The position numbers and the translations under genes were made by a program. Under the pieces are notes generated by a model. The model was not told the origin of the DNA, made no database searches, and saw nothing but the letters and a program-made list of their open reading frames with translations. From positions 3,488,001 to 3,552,000 of the forward strand of contig OZ257142.1 of the NCBI GenBank assembly GCA_965279035.1: a stretch of DNA of 64,000 nucleotides, read 5' to 3'. Shown piece by piece: positions 33,296-44,339 of this stretch. The DNA comes from Bacteroidia bacterium (GTDB taxonomy: Bacteria; Bacteroidota; Bacteroidia; M30B66). Numbering within the stretch: the first letter of the stretch is position 1; every line of letters starts with the position of its first letter.

Positions 33296-33724
33296 CTATT
33301 CAGTAAAGCCGTTTTGTTGCATTCTTTCTCTATTTACAAATAATGCCATGCCCGTTTTCAATCTCCTGTAACCTATCTTTTCATAAAACAGTTCTTTGCC
33401 GGGTGCAGCGTACAGTATGTAATTACAACCGGGTGTTTTATCTACAAGATGTTGGAGAATCGTTTTGCCAATTCCCTTTCGCTGATATTCAGGAAGTATG
33501 GCTACATCATAAATGGCAGCTTGGTACTCTCCGTCAGAAATAACTCTGCCGAAACCAATAAGATTTTCATTATCGAAAACAAATACTACAGTGTGACTAT
33601 TACTGAATGCTCGTTTATGTTTTTCACCTGCATGAAAAGCCATTCCCACTTTTTGGAGTATTTCTGACACCAGTTCCCAATTAATATTTTGCATGTCAAA
33701 TTGAAATCGCAGATTCATTTCCAA
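33296..33724 (-). CDS. GNAT acetyltransferase
   Basis: DVAILPEYQRKGIGK motif A. Confidence 0.9.
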   Translation of the reverse strand: MEMNLRFQFDMQNINWELVSEILQKVGMAFHAGEKHKRAFSNSHTVVFVFDNENLIGFGRVISDGEYQAAIYDVAILPEYQRKGIGKTILQHLVDKTPGCNYILYAAPGKELFYEKIGYRRLKTGMALFVNRERMQQNGFTE

Positions 33725-33729
33725 CTATT

Positions 33730-34251
33730 TTAGTGCTGATTATTATATGTTGCCTTTGTTAGTTCATTTATTTGCTCCACGAATTTAGTCATGTTTTCTT
33801 TCTCATCGTTGTTGGTTACAAAATGTGCATTTCCAAAATACTTCATGCCTAAATATCCTGCTGATTCAGAAAAGGGAAGCCAGAAATAATCGTCTAAATG
33901 ACTACCCTTTGAAGAACTAATTGCTGCCATACTTTTAGCTCTTAATTTTCTTCCTAATTCCTTTTCATCATCTAACAAGTCGGTAAACCTGTCAAAAAAT
34001 GTTTTCATAATGCCGCTCATTGCATACCAATAAACGGGTGTTGCAAAAACCAACACATCGTAATTATTTATGATTTTTCGCATAAGCGATAAGTAATCAT
34101 CGTCCTTGTTTTTGTGTTGATAGTCGTAGTAGCTTATTTTGTAATCGTTCAAATCAATCACATCCCAATTAGAGATATGCTTTAATTGTTTCACAACCTC
34201 ACCAGTCTCACCATCTGTTCTTGAACTTCCAAGTATTACTACAATGTTCAT
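33730..34251 (-). CDS. Flavodoxin-like NAD(P)H-dependent FMN reductase
   Basis: GSSR..G.T; ATPVYWY...MK.FFDR. Confidence 0.88.
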   Translation of the reverse strand: MNIVVILGSSRTDGETGEVVKQLKHISNWDVIDLNDYKISYYDYQHKNKDDDYLSLMRKIINNYDVLVFATPVYWYAMSGIMKTFFDRFTDLLDDEKELGRKLRAKSMAAISSSKGSHLDDYFWLPFSESAGYLGMKYFGNAHFVTNNDEKENMTKFVEQINELTKATYNNQH

Positions 34252-34576
34252 TTTTCAGTTTTAAAATACATACGAGGGTCAAACCTCATTTGCAAATTTA
34301 GATTTATAAAAGAAATATTCTACCGAGAAATAAAGCGAGGGAGATTGCACTCTATTGCAAGCTTTGGCTGTGCTGTTGGTTTTTCGTGCGGCTTGCAATT
34401 GTGTGCAATGTGCGGTTGGCATAAAATTAAAAAACAAAAAATGCGGGGAGGGAAAAAATAAAAATTCATCGGGGTGGCTGGTTGGTCTGGTGGTCAGTCT
34501 TTCGATTTTGTTGTCCAAAAATGATAGTTTCATGTCAGTCAGTTTAATGTTAGTACTGTCGTCATAGGGTTTCCGG

Positions 34577-34701
34577 TAACGGTCCGGCGATTTGCAGATG
34601 CGCGGAACAGTTTACTCAAATGTATCAAAACAAACGAAATGCTTCAATCAGAAGAATGATTTAGAGAACGAAAATGCCCGCGTATCGCAAATTGCCTGTT
34701 A
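34577..34701. repeat. attC-like repeat 10 (family C)
   Basis: taac...gtta palindrome. Confidence 0.88.
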
Positions 34702-35147
34702 TAAGATGCGCGCCAACTCAGCCAATGCGTGACTAGCAATGTTCAATCAAAATAAGCCATTTCAAAATCTTCATCACAAAGAAGCTTTCCCAAAACTCTG
34801 ATCAGATTTGTTTGCATTCTAAGCTGAATATAGAATTTGAAAATCTCTAATGCCTTTTCTTCATACTCATTCTCGAGGCCATTTTTTATGGATCTCGCTC
34901 ACCAAAATAGCAAAGGCATTTTCATTCGATTTCATTCTAGTAAAATATCAAGCAAACAAAGCCGTGAAAAATATTTCTGCTGAATTTGAGTTCTGCGCTT
35001 TTCAATGGCTTATTTTGAACTTGTAAAATCTAAGGCGATTTTTTACTATTCGATTCCAGCTAAAAATAGCTTTTGCAAATTGTCTAGAAAATCTATTTGT
35101 GCAAAATGATAGCCGACTTTGCGGAAGAGATTCGCGTTTCTTATAAC
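34698..35147. repeat. Non-coding cassette X, copy 3
   Basis: Homologous to copy 1. Confidence 0.85.
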
Positions 35148-35269
35148 GCTTCGGCGATTTACGATGCGCGGAACGGTTGAAACCAAATGTATCAAAAGAA
35201 ACGAAATGATTCAATTAGCACTGTTGTTTTAGAGAATGAAAATGCCCGCGTATTGTAAATTGCCTGTTG
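35144..35269. repeat. attC-like repeat 11 (family C')
   Basis: taac-gcttc-ggcgatttacgatgcgcgg...ccgcgtattgtaaattgcc-t-gttg. Confidence 0.88.
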
Positions 35270-35483
35270 TACGTTGTGCTTTACTCTATTGTATATTATT
35301 AGAGTTTCAATTTTCAGGCATTGGACATATTTGACAGTTTAATAGTGTCTTTCATTCTCTTGGGCTTTGTTAAATACTATTTGTGATCTAATTTATTTGG
35401 GCACTTTTCTTATTTCTTCTCCTTAGTGTTTAATCTTTTTGGGCGTTTTTTTCACAACTGGACACACCTCTCCCATCTACGTT

Positions 35484-36695
35484 TTATGCAGCAATTTTTT
35501 CAGCCTGTTTTTTAAGCTCTTTTTTCTTGTAAATAAACCATTTCACACTTCCTTTTGATGCCCGAGTATCTATATACTGCATTGGACCATTGCACTCAAT
35601 ACAGACTTTTGTATCGGTAAAGTCTATTACTTTTTGTCCGCTTTCATTGGATTTGGGCTTTTCTCTAAAGGCCTGGGCTATTTTCGTTTTTGTTGAGTAT
35701 AAGCCGTAATACCTTACCAATCGAGAATTTGGTAGCGGAACATGTTGTAATAACAAAGGGAAAAAATCGCGATAATGAAGTGTTAATTCCTTTTCTATTG
35801 CCTTACCATTTGCATCTTTCTCTTTATAGTCTTTGTATCTAAAACTGATGTATTCACCTTCAATATTGGTTATTTTATATTCACTCAAACATGCTCGTTT
35901 TGAATACCTTCCAATATATCGAATGACCTGCTCTGGAATATTCATCGGATCTTCCAAATGAATGATCCACTGCTTTTCTACGAGCGTTGATATGAATTGA
36001 TTAAATTCATTTTCGTTTGCAAAATGGTGTTTAAGATTTTTGCTGAAATAGTGTTCTGACAAAGCCTTAATAAAACCTTTTCTGAACGTTTCTTTTAAAT
36101 CCAAATAGCCAACATGTGTTTTTACTGGTATTGATTTTAACTGTTTGGTTTTCTTATCGATTCCACCCCAGCTTACAATCATATGAACGTGAACATGCAA
36201 ATTCTTTTTCTCTCCATAAGTATGCAACACAGATATCACTCCCGCCTGTACTCCATACTGATTTAAAATATAATCCTTCATCGTATTGCTTGCCAGTGAC
36301 ATTAGCGTATCGAAGAAGAATTTTTTATTGAGTTTAATCAGCGGATTTAATGCATGAGGTAGTGTCATGACCACATGCCGATGCGGAACATTGACAAGCT
36401 TATCATAAACACGATCTGCCCATTTGAGCGTATCTGTCCAACTACAGTTTGGGCAAAAACGATTTTTACAACTGTGATAGATCTCTGCTATATATCCACA
36501 GTCTTTACATCGATAGCGGTCTTTGCCCAACTTGCTCGTACGGCATATTCTTAATGCATTGACTGCTTTGTATTGCTCAGGCGTTATAAACGCTTTAGGC
36601 GATGCTGAATACGCTGGCCAATGGGCATTAAAAAACTCTGCTAATGTGAATCGCTTTTCAAAAGTCTTTGCTTTTGAATGAGACTGCTCGCACAT
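35484..36695 (-). CDS. IS91-like Y2 HUH transposase (Zn-binding + Y2_Tnp), cassette copy 1
   Basis: C..CG...HSCKNRFCP.C; H.V.TLP; HTYG...LHVHVH (HUH); YIGRY (Y2); R.VRYYG. Confidence 0.9.
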   Translation of the reverse strand: MCEQSHSKAKTFEKRFTLAEFFNAHWPAYSASPKAFITPEQYKAVNALRICRTSKLGKDRYRCKDCGYIAEIYHSCKNRFCPNCSWTDTLKWADRVYDKLVNVPHRHVVMTLPHALNPLIKLNKKFFFDTLMSLASNTMKDYILNQYGVQAGVISVLHTYGEKKNLHVHVHMIVSWGGIDKKTKQLKSIPVKTHVGYLDLKETFRKGFIKALSEHYFSKNLKHHFANENEFNQFISTLVEKQWIIHLEDPMNIPEQVIRYIGRYSKRACLSEYKITNIEGEYISFRYKDYKEKDANGKAIEKELTLHYRDFFPLLLQHVPLPNSRLVRYYGLYSTKTKIAQAFREKPKSNESGQKVIDFTDTKVCIECNGPMQYIDTRASKGSVKWFIYKKKELKKQAEKIAA

Positions 36696-36698
36696 CTT

Positions 36699-36968
36699 TT
36701 ATTCATAATTACCATCATCCAAAACTTCCAGAGCGATGCCATAAGCTTCAAAGGAATCAGGTGCGATAAGCTCACGTTTACCCGCCTTTTCACCATAAAT
36801 ATTGTCGTCCTCATCGATTACTATCGTGTCATACAAGGAAAACAACTTCTCAACTTCCTCATCGAAATCTTCATAATTAGGAAAGCCGTCATCATCTGTA
36901 AATAGTTGAAACTGATCTCCATCATTGAAGATATAAAATTGTGCTTTGTTTAGTTTTAATTCTCTCAT
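36699..36968 (-). CDS. Small acidic hypothetical protein upstream of the Y2 transposase
   Basis: 89 aa, about 25 D/E residues, identical in 3 copies, 3 bp from the transposase start. Confidence 0.7.
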   Translation of the reverse strand: MRELKLNKAQFYIFNDGDQFQLFTDDDGFPNYEDFDEEVEKLFSLYDTIVIDEDDNIYGEKAGKRELIAPDSFEAYGIALEVLDDGNYE

Positions 36969-37026
36969 AATGTATGTTGTATAAATTGATAATCTTATAA
37001 TGGTAACGCGATAAAAGCATTACGTA

Positions 37027-37150
37027 CAACGTTCCGCGGCTTTGCGATGAGCGGAATAGTTTAACGCAATGCTTTAGATTAAACGAATGTAACAAGTTAG
37101 AACGATGATTCAAAGTTGCAGAATATCCGCTTATCGCAAAACCGCTGTTA
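37027..37150. repeat. attC-like repeat 12 (variant family)
   Basis: caac-gttcc-gcggctttgcgatgagcgga...tccgcttatcgcaaaaccgc-t-gtta. Confidence 0.85.
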
Positions 37151-37692
37151 GCTGTGAGTAAGGTTACGCCCGTTATTGGTTTCCGCAAATTTCTATGAAA
37201 TAAAAGCATTTGAACTTTCCTGTTTCATTGCAAAAGAAGCGATTACGATTTCTTAAATTCAGTTTTTCTTTCAAGCACAATGTATTTTGGTTTCTCAAAA
37301 GATGCGACTTCAGTTTTCTATGTCAAGATTGTATTTCTAGTTATCGTGAAATCTAAAATCAAAATCAGTCGCATCATCGTTCAATAACTAGTGAACTTGA
37401 TCTCGAAAAACTGAATTCTGTTTTAGTTTGTTCCAGCAAAAACATTCATAGAATTTTTAGCCAATCTGTTTCTGCAATGTTTCTATTGAAATCAAGAACA
37501 AACTAAAAAATGGAAAATATCCATTCGCTGAGTTTTGCTGTCTATTCTGCTTCACCGCTTTTATTGAAAACTTGTTATAGGCATTTTGGCGAGCTTAATT
37601 TTACAAGACAAGCAAATGCCGCGAAAGTCCGAAATAGTTCATTCTAGCAAGTGCCGATGCCGGCTGAGATAGCAAACCTTATTACAGCTAAC
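37147..37692. repeat. Non-coding cassette Z, copy 1
   Basis: gttagctgt...acagctaac; internal IR ttttagtttgttc/gaacaaactaaaa. Confidence 0.8.
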
Positions 37693-38957
37693 CTTTAGAC
37701 TTGCAGTCAAAGATTTTAGCTGATAAATTTACCATAAATAAATGTAGTTAACCGAAAGCAGGGCGACCTATGCGCTAACAAGGATAATAGGCCTATGGAA
37801 CGATATAGTGCCCTACTTTCTGGTTATTTAAGCCTCAGATAGATATTCGGGATTCAGGCCCATTATAAAGGTTTTGAGGTACAAATAACCATTGGTTAAT
37901 CCGTTTTGCTAATTATAAAATTATGAATTCAAACCAGAACAACCAAAAACATTTTGTAGGAACAGATGTTTCAAAAGAAACACTTGATGTAACGATCTTT
38001 TTCAACTCCTCAATGCATTTTCATCAGCAATTTTCAAATGACAGCAAGGGCTTTAAGCAATTGCTGAAATGGCTAGAAACCTATCCTGAATTCAGTTTTG
38101 AAAATACTTTATTCTGCATGGAACATACAGGAATTTACACTCGTCAGTTTGTTGAATTCCTCCTTTCGAAAGAAGCAAAGGTATGGATGGAGTCGGCACT
38201 GCATTTAAAGCGTTCTATGGGCATGACAAGGGGCAAAAGTGATAAGATCGATTCACTGCGAATTGCACGCTATGCAATGACTCATCAGGACCAAGCCAGG
38301 CTCGTAAATCTTTCCAATAAAACATTGTTGCTTATCAAAGACCTTATGAGTGCAAGAGAGCGGAGTAAAAAGGCCTACCAGTCCATAAAAGTCTCCATTG
38401 ATGAAATGCAAAGAGTCGATGCAGCAACAGCAAAAGAGCTCTTGAGGATTAATAAACCAGCCCTTTCTGGATTATTGAAAAGCAAGATGGCGTTGGAAAA
38501 ACGGATGATGGAATTAATAGCGATGGATCCTGAACTGAACGAGCTATTTGAGCTGGTTACTTCTGTCAAAGGTGTGGGTAATGTATTGGCAACCGAACTG
38601 ATTGTTTATACACATGCATTTAAAAGAATGGATGAAGCCAAACAACTGGCCTGCTATTGCGGAGTCGCTCCTTTTTCTCATACTTCCGGCACGAGTGTGC
38701 ATGGAAGAAATGGAACTTCAAACTTTGCTAACATGGGACTTAAATCAACTTTACACTTGGCTGCACTTTCTTCAATTCGTTACGTACCTGAGCTTAAAAC
38801 ATATTATCAGAGGAAAGTAGCTGAGGGAAAATCCAAAATGAGCGTAATTAATGCCGTGCGGAATAAACTGTTGCAACGTGTCTTAGCAGTGGTAAAAAGA
38901 GGAACGCCTTACCAAGAAAATTATCAAGTAAATTAATTTGGAAAACTCATAGATATC
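37693..38957 (+). mobile_element. IS110-family element, copy 2
   Basis: Same 1265 bp element at TAAC|GTTCC. Confidence 0.93.
37923..38936 (+). CDS. IS110 recombinase
   Basis: Identical to 5468-6481. Confidence 0.95.
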   Translation: MNSNQNNQKHFVGTDVSKETLDVTIFFNSSMHFHQQFSNDSKGFKQLLKWLETYPEFSFENTLFCMEHTGIYTRQFVEFLLSKEAKVWMESALHLKRSMGMTRGKSDKIDSLRIARYAMTHQDQARLVNLSNKTLLLIKDLMSARERSKKAYQSIKVSIDEMQRVDAATAKELLRINKPALSGLLKSKMALEKRMMELIAMDPELNELFELVTSVKGVGNVLATELIVYTHAFKRMDEAKQLACYCGVAPFSHTSGTSVHGRNGTSNFANMGLKSTLHLAALSSIRYVPELKTYYQRKVAEGKSKMSVINAVRNKLLQRVLAVVKRGTPYQENYQVN

Positions 38958-39079
38958 GTTCCGCACACACCTGAAGAGCCAAACGAGGTGAACGAAATGC
39001 TTTAGATTAGACGAATATAACAAGAAAAACGAATGCCTCAAACTCCCAAAATGCTTGGCTTTGCTGGTGTGTGCTGTTA
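38957..39079. repeat. attC-like repeat 13 (family B), IS110-interrupted
   Basis: Its TAAC is at 37689-37692. Confidence 0.85.
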
Positions 39080-39525
39080 TAAGATGCGCGCCAACTCAGC
39101 AAATGCGTGACTAGCAATGTTCAATCAAAATAAGCCATTCCAAAATCTTCATTACAAAGAAGCTTTCCCAAAACTCTGATCAGATTTGTTTGCATTCTAA
39201 GCTGAATATAGAATTTGAAAATCTCTAATGCCTTTTCTTCATACTCATTCTCGAGGCCATTTTTTATGGATCTCGCTCACCAAAATAGCAAAGGCATTTT
39301 CATTCGATTTCATTCTAGTAAAATATCAAGCAAACAAAGCCGTGAAAAATATTTCTGCTGAATTTGAGTTCTGCGCTTTTCAATGGCTTATTTTGAATTT
39401 GTAAAATCTAAGGCGATTTTTTACTATTCGATTCCAGCTAAAAATAGCTTTTGCAAATTGTCTAGAAAATCTATTTGTGCAAAATGATAGCCGACTTTGC
39501 GGAAGAGATTCGCGTTTCTTATAAC
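39076..39525. repeat. Non-coding cassette X, copy 4
   Basis: Homologous to copy 1. Confidence 0.85.
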
Positions 39526-39646
39526 GGTCCGGCGATTTGCGAATGCGCGGAACAGTTTACCCAAATGTATCAAAACAAACGAAATGTTTCAATCAGAAAA
39601 ATGACTTAGAGAAAGATAATGCCCGCGTATCGCAGATTGCCTGTTA
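39522..39646. repeat. attC-like repeat 14 (family C)
   Basis: taac...gtta palindrome. Confidence 0.88.
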
Positions 39647-40027
39647 TTTGATGCGCGCCAAGTTCGATTCAGTTCTAGCAAAGTTTCCATGCAAAAAAAG
39701 CGACTTGAATACACATTCTGAAATAAGGCCAAAAACCATTCATCAAATTTCCTGTGTTTGTCGCCATCAATTCTCTGGTTGATTTCATCAATCCATTAAT
39801 TTGATTTTATCAGCAGTTCATTCCAGGCATATGGCGACAAACTTTTCAAAAACCTCTCAAATGGTTTTTGCCTTTCCCTCAAATGCCGAGCTTTTTTTAT
39901 CAAGAGCGATTAGACATTCGTTTATTACTTTATTCTTTTCTGATAGCCGAAACTTTCTTTCGCCTTTTATGAATTATCTGATCACAATGCGAATGGCGAG
40001 TTTGGAAAATTTCGCGTTTCAAATAAC
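39643..40027. repeat. Non-coding cassette Y, copy 3
   Basis: Homologous to copy 1. Confidence 0.85.
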
Positions 40028-40148
40028 GGTCCGGCGATTTGCAGATGCGCGGAACAGTTTACTCAAATGTATCAAAACAAACGAAATGCTTCAATCAGAA
40101 GAATGATTTAGAGAACGAAAATGCCCGCGTATCGCAAATTGCCTGTTA
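40024..40148. repeat. attC-like repeat 15 (family C)
   Basis: Copy of repeat 10. Confidence 0.88.
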
Positions 40149-40594
40149 TAAGATGCGCGCCAACTCAGCCAATGCGTGACTAGCAATGTTCAATCAAAAT
40201 AAGCCATTTCAAAATCTTCATCACAAAGAAGCTTTCCCAAAACTCTGATCAGATTTGTTTGCATTCTAAGCTGAATATAGAATTTGAAAATCTCTAATGC
40301 CTTTTCTTCATACTCATTCTCGAGGCCATTTTTTATGGATCTCGCTCACCAAAATAGCAAAGGCATTTTCATTCGATTTCATTCTAGTAAAATATCAAGC
40401 AAACAAAGCCGTGAAAAATATTTCTGCTGAATTTGAGTTCTGCGCTTTTCAATGGCTTATTTTGAACTTGTAAAATCTAAGGCGATTTTTTACTATTCGA
40501 TTCCAGCTAAAAATAGCTTTTGCAAATTGTCTAGAAAATCTATTTGTGCAAAATGATAGCCGACTTTGCGGAAGAGATTCGCGTTTCTTATAAC
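40145..40594. repeat. Non-coding cassette X, copy 5
   Basis: Nearly identical to copy 3. Confidence 0.85.
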
Positions 40595-40716
40595 GTTCCG
40601 CACACACCTGAAGAGCCAAATGAGGTAAACGGAATGCTTTAGAATAGACGAATATAACAAGAAAAAAGGATGACTCAAACTCCCGAAATGCTTGGCTTTG
40701 CTGGTGTGTGCTGTTA
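40591..40716. repeat. attC-like repeat 16 (family B)
   Basis: taac...gtta palindrome. Confidence 0.88.
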
Positions 40717-40754
40717 CCTGCTGGGGCTTGTTCTTCAATATTCAGCTCTTTACC

Positions 40755-41630
40755 CTATTTATTATCTTTCGATATTCTTTTCAACCAATCCTTTGCTCCT
40801 GTTTTTGATTCCCAAATTCTCTTTGATTGGCTCACGTAATAATCTGCTTCTTCCTCACTTCCCGATGTGTATCCGTCCGAATCGAAAATAGAATCCCTTC
40901 TTGAATTCAGTTTCTTTGCAACATACTTGTTTTGTTTAATTGCTTTTCTTAGCAATGTCTCAGAATTCTTTGTTTCTCCTTCATTTATAAATGCAAACAA
41001 GGCTCTATTAAAAAGAGCAAAAGTCATAAAATCATTCTTAAATTGTTTGTCATACTTTGTGAACTTAGACTTGTCTTCAACTTCAATCAAATACAAAAGC
41101 AGTTGATCTCGAATTCCTTGATTGTCATTCGGATTTAATTCAATCATTTCCTCAAAGACCTCTATTGATTCTTGAATTTTGTTCAATTCATACAAACAGT
41201 TTGCGTGTAAATGCATGCAGCGCATAAACGGTCTTGTCTCATGCAACAACCAAAAGTGTCCTTTATTCTCTTTGAAATACTTGGCACCGAATTTTTTCCT
41301 TCCTATGGAAATTCCTTTCTCATAAAATGCATCTGAAATCGGAGGGAAATCATTTATATTACCAAGAAATTCATACGCTTCAATACAGTCAGAATCCAAT
41401 TCAAGCGCCTCCATTACTTTTTCAAATCCTATTCTTGGATCAAAATCATATGCACTTAATACCAAGTCAATGGCTTTTTCCTCATTTGTCAAAGTCTCCT
41501 CTGGAAAAGATGGCAATTCAGTTCCAACCAAACTATTCATGAAATCTCTCAATTCCTTTTCCGTTTTGAAATCCTTTGTTGATAGAAGTCTTTGAAAGTC
41601 TATCATTGCTTTTTCATGTTGTTTACCCAT
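40755..41630 (-). CDS. TPR-like helical protein
   Basis: W...ETRPFMR and LNPNDNQGIR motifs; helical repeats. Confidence 0.7.
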   Translation of the reverse strand: MGKQHEKAMIDFQRLLSTKDFKTEKELRDFMNSLVGTELPSFPEETLTNEEKAIDLVLSAYDFDPRIGFEKVMEALELDSDCIEAYEFLGNINDFPPISDAFYEKGISIGRKKFGAKYFKENKGHFWLLHETRPFMRCMHLHANCLYELNKIQESIEVFEEMIELNPNDNQGIRDQLLLYLIEVEDKSKFTKYDKQFKNDFMTFALFNRALFAFINEGETKNSETLLRKAIKQNKYVAKKLNSRRDSIFDSDGYTSGSEEEADYYVSQSKRIWESKTGAKDWLKRISKDNK

Positions 41631-41660
41631 AATCTGATGTCATTTTTTTGCCCTTGCAGG

Positions 41661-41785
41661 TAACGGTCCGGCGATTTGCAGATGCGCGGAACAGTTTACT
41701 CAAATGTATCAAAACAAACGAAATGCTTCAATCAGAAGAATGATTTAGAGAACGAAAATGCCCGCGTATCGCAAATTGCCTGTTA
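41661..41785. repeat. attC-like repeat 17 (family C)
   Basis: Copy of repeat 10. Confidence 0.88.
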
Positions 41786-42231
41786 TAAGATGCGCGCCAA
41801 CTCAGCAAATGCGTGACTAGCAATGTTCAATCAAAATAAGCCATTCCAAAATCTTCATTACAAAGAAGCTTTCCCAAAACTCAGAGCAGTTTTGTTTGCA
41901 TTCTAAGCTGAATATAGAATTTGAAACTCTATAATGCCTTTCCTTCATTCTCATTCTCGAGGCCATTTTTTATGGATCTCGCTTACCAAAATAGCAAAGG
42001 CATTTTCATCCGATTACATTCTAGAAAAATATCAAGCAAATAAAACCGAGATAAATATTTCTGCTGAATTTGAGTTCTGCCCTTTTCAATGGCTTATTTT
42101 GAACTTACAAAATCTAAGGCGATTTTTTACTATTCGATTCCAGCTAAAAATAGCTTTTGCAAATTGTCTAGAACATTAATTTGTGCAAAATGACAGCCGA
42201 CATTGCGGAAGAGATTCGCGTTTCTTATAAC
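41782..42231. repeat. Non-coding cassette X, copy 6
   Basis: Homologous to copy 1. Confidence 0.85.
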
Positions 42232-42354
42232 GGTCCGCGTGCAACTCGAGGTTTGGGAATTGGTTAGCAGAATGCTTTAATTTAGACGAATATAGCAAGA
42301 AAATTAAAATGATTTAACTAAGCACAATGCCCAAATCTTGAGTGCACGCTGTTA
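42228..42354. repeat. attC-like repeat 18 (family A)
   Basis: taac...gtta palindrome. Confidence 0.88.
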
Positions 42355-42735
42355 TTTGATGCGCGCCAAGTCCGATTCATTTTCCCTCAAGTTTCCAAGC
42401 AAAAAAAGCGACTTGAATACACATTCTGAAATAAGGCCAAAAACCATTCTGCAAATATTCTGTGTTTGTCGCTATCAATTCTCTAGTTGATTTCATCAAT
42501 CCATTAATTTGATTTTATCAGCAGTTCATTCCAGGCATATGGCGACAAACTTTTCAAAAACCTCTCAAATGGTTTTTGCCTTTCCCTCAAATGCCGAGCT
42601 TTTTTTATCAAGTGCGATTAGACATTCGTTTATTACTTTATTGTTTCCTGATAGCCGAAACTTCCTTTCGCCTTTAATGATTAATCTGACAACAATGCGA
42701 ATGGCGAGTTTGGAAAATTTCGCGTTTCAAATAAC
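42351..42735. repeat. Non-coding cassette Y, copy 4
   Basis: Homologous to copy 1. Confidence 0.85.
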
Positions 42736-42857
42736 GTTCCGCACACACCTGAAGAGCCAAACGAGGTGAACGAAATGCTTTAGATTAGACGAATATAACA
42801 AGAAAAACGGATGCTTCAAACTCCCGAAATGCTTGGCTTTGCTGGTGTGTGCTGTTA
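42732..42857. repeat. attC-like repeat 19 (family B)
   Basis: taac...gtta palindrome. Confidence 0.88.
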
Positions 42858-42876
42858 TATGCAGCTGAAATTTATT

Positions 42877-43146
42877 TTACGGAAACTTCTTGTAGATATC
42901 TTTTCTATGCAAAATCGTAATCAATCTAATTTCATTTGAACTAATTAGTTCTAACCCGATTCTATAGTCACCGATTTTTATTCTGTAGTATACAGTAAAA
43001 CCGATAAGCTTTTTGGTGTTTGATATTTGCTCGAGAACTTCAGCTTCTTCTGCTTTTTGAATAACTGATTCAATTCTTTTTAGGACACTTTTATCCTTGA
43101 TTTTATCAAGAGCTTTAATGAATGATTTGTCAAATCTGACTATCAT
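42877..43146 (-). CDS. RelE/ParE family toxin
   Basis: F.K.L.K...YRIKIGDYRIG...HRKDIY; basic, 89 aa. Confidence 0.88.
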   Translation of the reverse strand: MIVRFDKSFIKALDKIKDKSVLKRIESVIQKAEEAEVLEQISNTKKLIGFTVYYRIKIGDYRIGLELISSNEIRLITILHRKDIYKKFP

Positions 43147-43340
43147 TTCTTCTTGAGTTTTTGAAAAACTTCTTCTCTAGAAGCATCTATTCCAGTTTTC
43201 TCAGAATCGATGATTGTTCCCAAAAGAAAGTCTTCATATTGATTATCTTTCAGACTAACAACATTAGCACCTAGTCTCTTTGCTAACTCTTTGAGAATCT
43301 TATTACTCTTGTCGTCTGCTTTAATTATAATGGCGCTCAT
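43143..43340 (-). CDS. Putative antitoxin
   Basis: 65 aa, ATGA overlap with the toxin. Confidence 0.78.
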   Translation of the reverse strand: MSAIIIKADDKSNKILKELAKRLGANVVSLKDNQYEDFLLGTIIDSEKTGIDASREEVFQKLKKK

Positions 43341-43359
43341 AGCGAATGTTTCTTTACTT

Positions 43360-43367
43360 CAAAAGTA
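43360..43367 (-). promoter_or_regulatory. Bacteroidota -7 promoter box of the TA cassette
   Basis: TACTTTTG (TAnnTTTG) about 20 nt upstream of the antitoxin ATG. Confidence 0.6.
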
Positions 43368-43459
43368 ATCAATATTCTTGAAGTTTTCTAAATGTAATTC
43401 TTGTGTCTCAATTATTCTAGTGTAATGCTGATTAGCTAACGGATGGCTTCAGTTGCATA

Positions 43460-43585
43460 TAACGGTTTCGGGCTTGGCGAAGGTGGCGATTTTCACCACA
43501 AATGTTGATGCGGAGAACCAAACTTTGATTAACCACAAATGTGTCTGCGGAGCACTGAACCGCCACTTTTGCCAAACCCGTGTTA
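43460..43585. repeat. attC-like repeat 20 (family E)
   Basis: taac-ggttt-cgggcttggcgaaggtggcg...cgccacttttgccaaacccg-t-gtta. Confidence 0.88.
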
Positions 43586-43619
43586 CCAGCCGTTTTTCTA
43601 TCTGTCAAACTCGTTGAAG

Positions 43620-44339
43620 TCATTTTTTTGTTATGAATTTCATAAAGGTTGAAGTCAGGTCAATGATAAATTCTATTTCCTTTTCGTTTACATTGTCATC
43701 GTGCTTGGCATATTTATTTTGATATTTCCCGTAATAGTCCAAAAGGGTATTAAACATATTTGTCGTTTCAGGACTTATACCTTTAGCTTGCTGAAATTGT
43801 CCTACGTCTGCAATTTGTTTTTCTAAAGGCTTATCATTGTTAAGAACCTCCTTTAAAAGTAACTCTAATGAAAGTCTCAAATCGTCAATTAAATTTCTTT
43901 GGTAAACATTCTTATTCAACTTGTCTAAGGAAGAGTTATATAATTCAAAAGCCTTTTTATAAGTAGAAAGCCAATGTTGAGTTTCCTTTACAAGTTCAGT
44001 TGTAAGAATATGTTGTCCGCTTGGAATATACTCAGGGTATTGCGAATACAATTTGTTTTTTAAATCCTTTACACTGTCAAGATGTTGAAGCCTATCAATA
44101 GTCTCGGAAATAATTTCAAATTGTTGGTCAGCGTTAAAACGTTTCAAATTTTCAAGAAATGCTGTTCTTTTATTAGGAACATCAACAAAAGGAGGCTTAT
44201 GGAATGGAATATCTACATTGTAATCCAAACTTTTGGCTGAGAAATACTTGCCAATTTCAGTTGAAGTAAGTCCCGTATTGGTGTCTGCCAATATATCCGA
44301 TGCGTATGTTAGGAAAACATTATTTATTGGTTTCTTCAT
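43620..44339 (-). CDS. Hypothetical protein, possibly abortive-infection (AbiJ/Abi_C-like)
   Basis: Helical; C-terminal YQNKYAKH resembles a degenerate HEPN motif; family call is tentative. Confidence 0.5.
   Translation of the reverse strand: MKKPINNVFLTYASDILADTNTGLTSTEIGKYFSAKSLDYNVDIPFHKPPFVDVPNKRTAFLENLKRFNADQQFEIISETIDRLQHLDSVKDLKNKLYSQYPEYIPSGQHILTTELVKETQHWLSTYKKAFELYNSSLDKLNKNVYQRNLIDDLRLSLELLLKEVLNNDKPLEKQIADVGQFQQAKGISPETTNMFNTLLDYYGKYQNKYAKHDDNVNEKEIEFIIDLTSTFMKFITKK

Noticed and set aside
35266-37030. Conventional IS91 element with oriIS/terIS
   Set aside because: The boundaries coincide with cassette ends and I could not identify IS91 termini; reported as a cassette instead.
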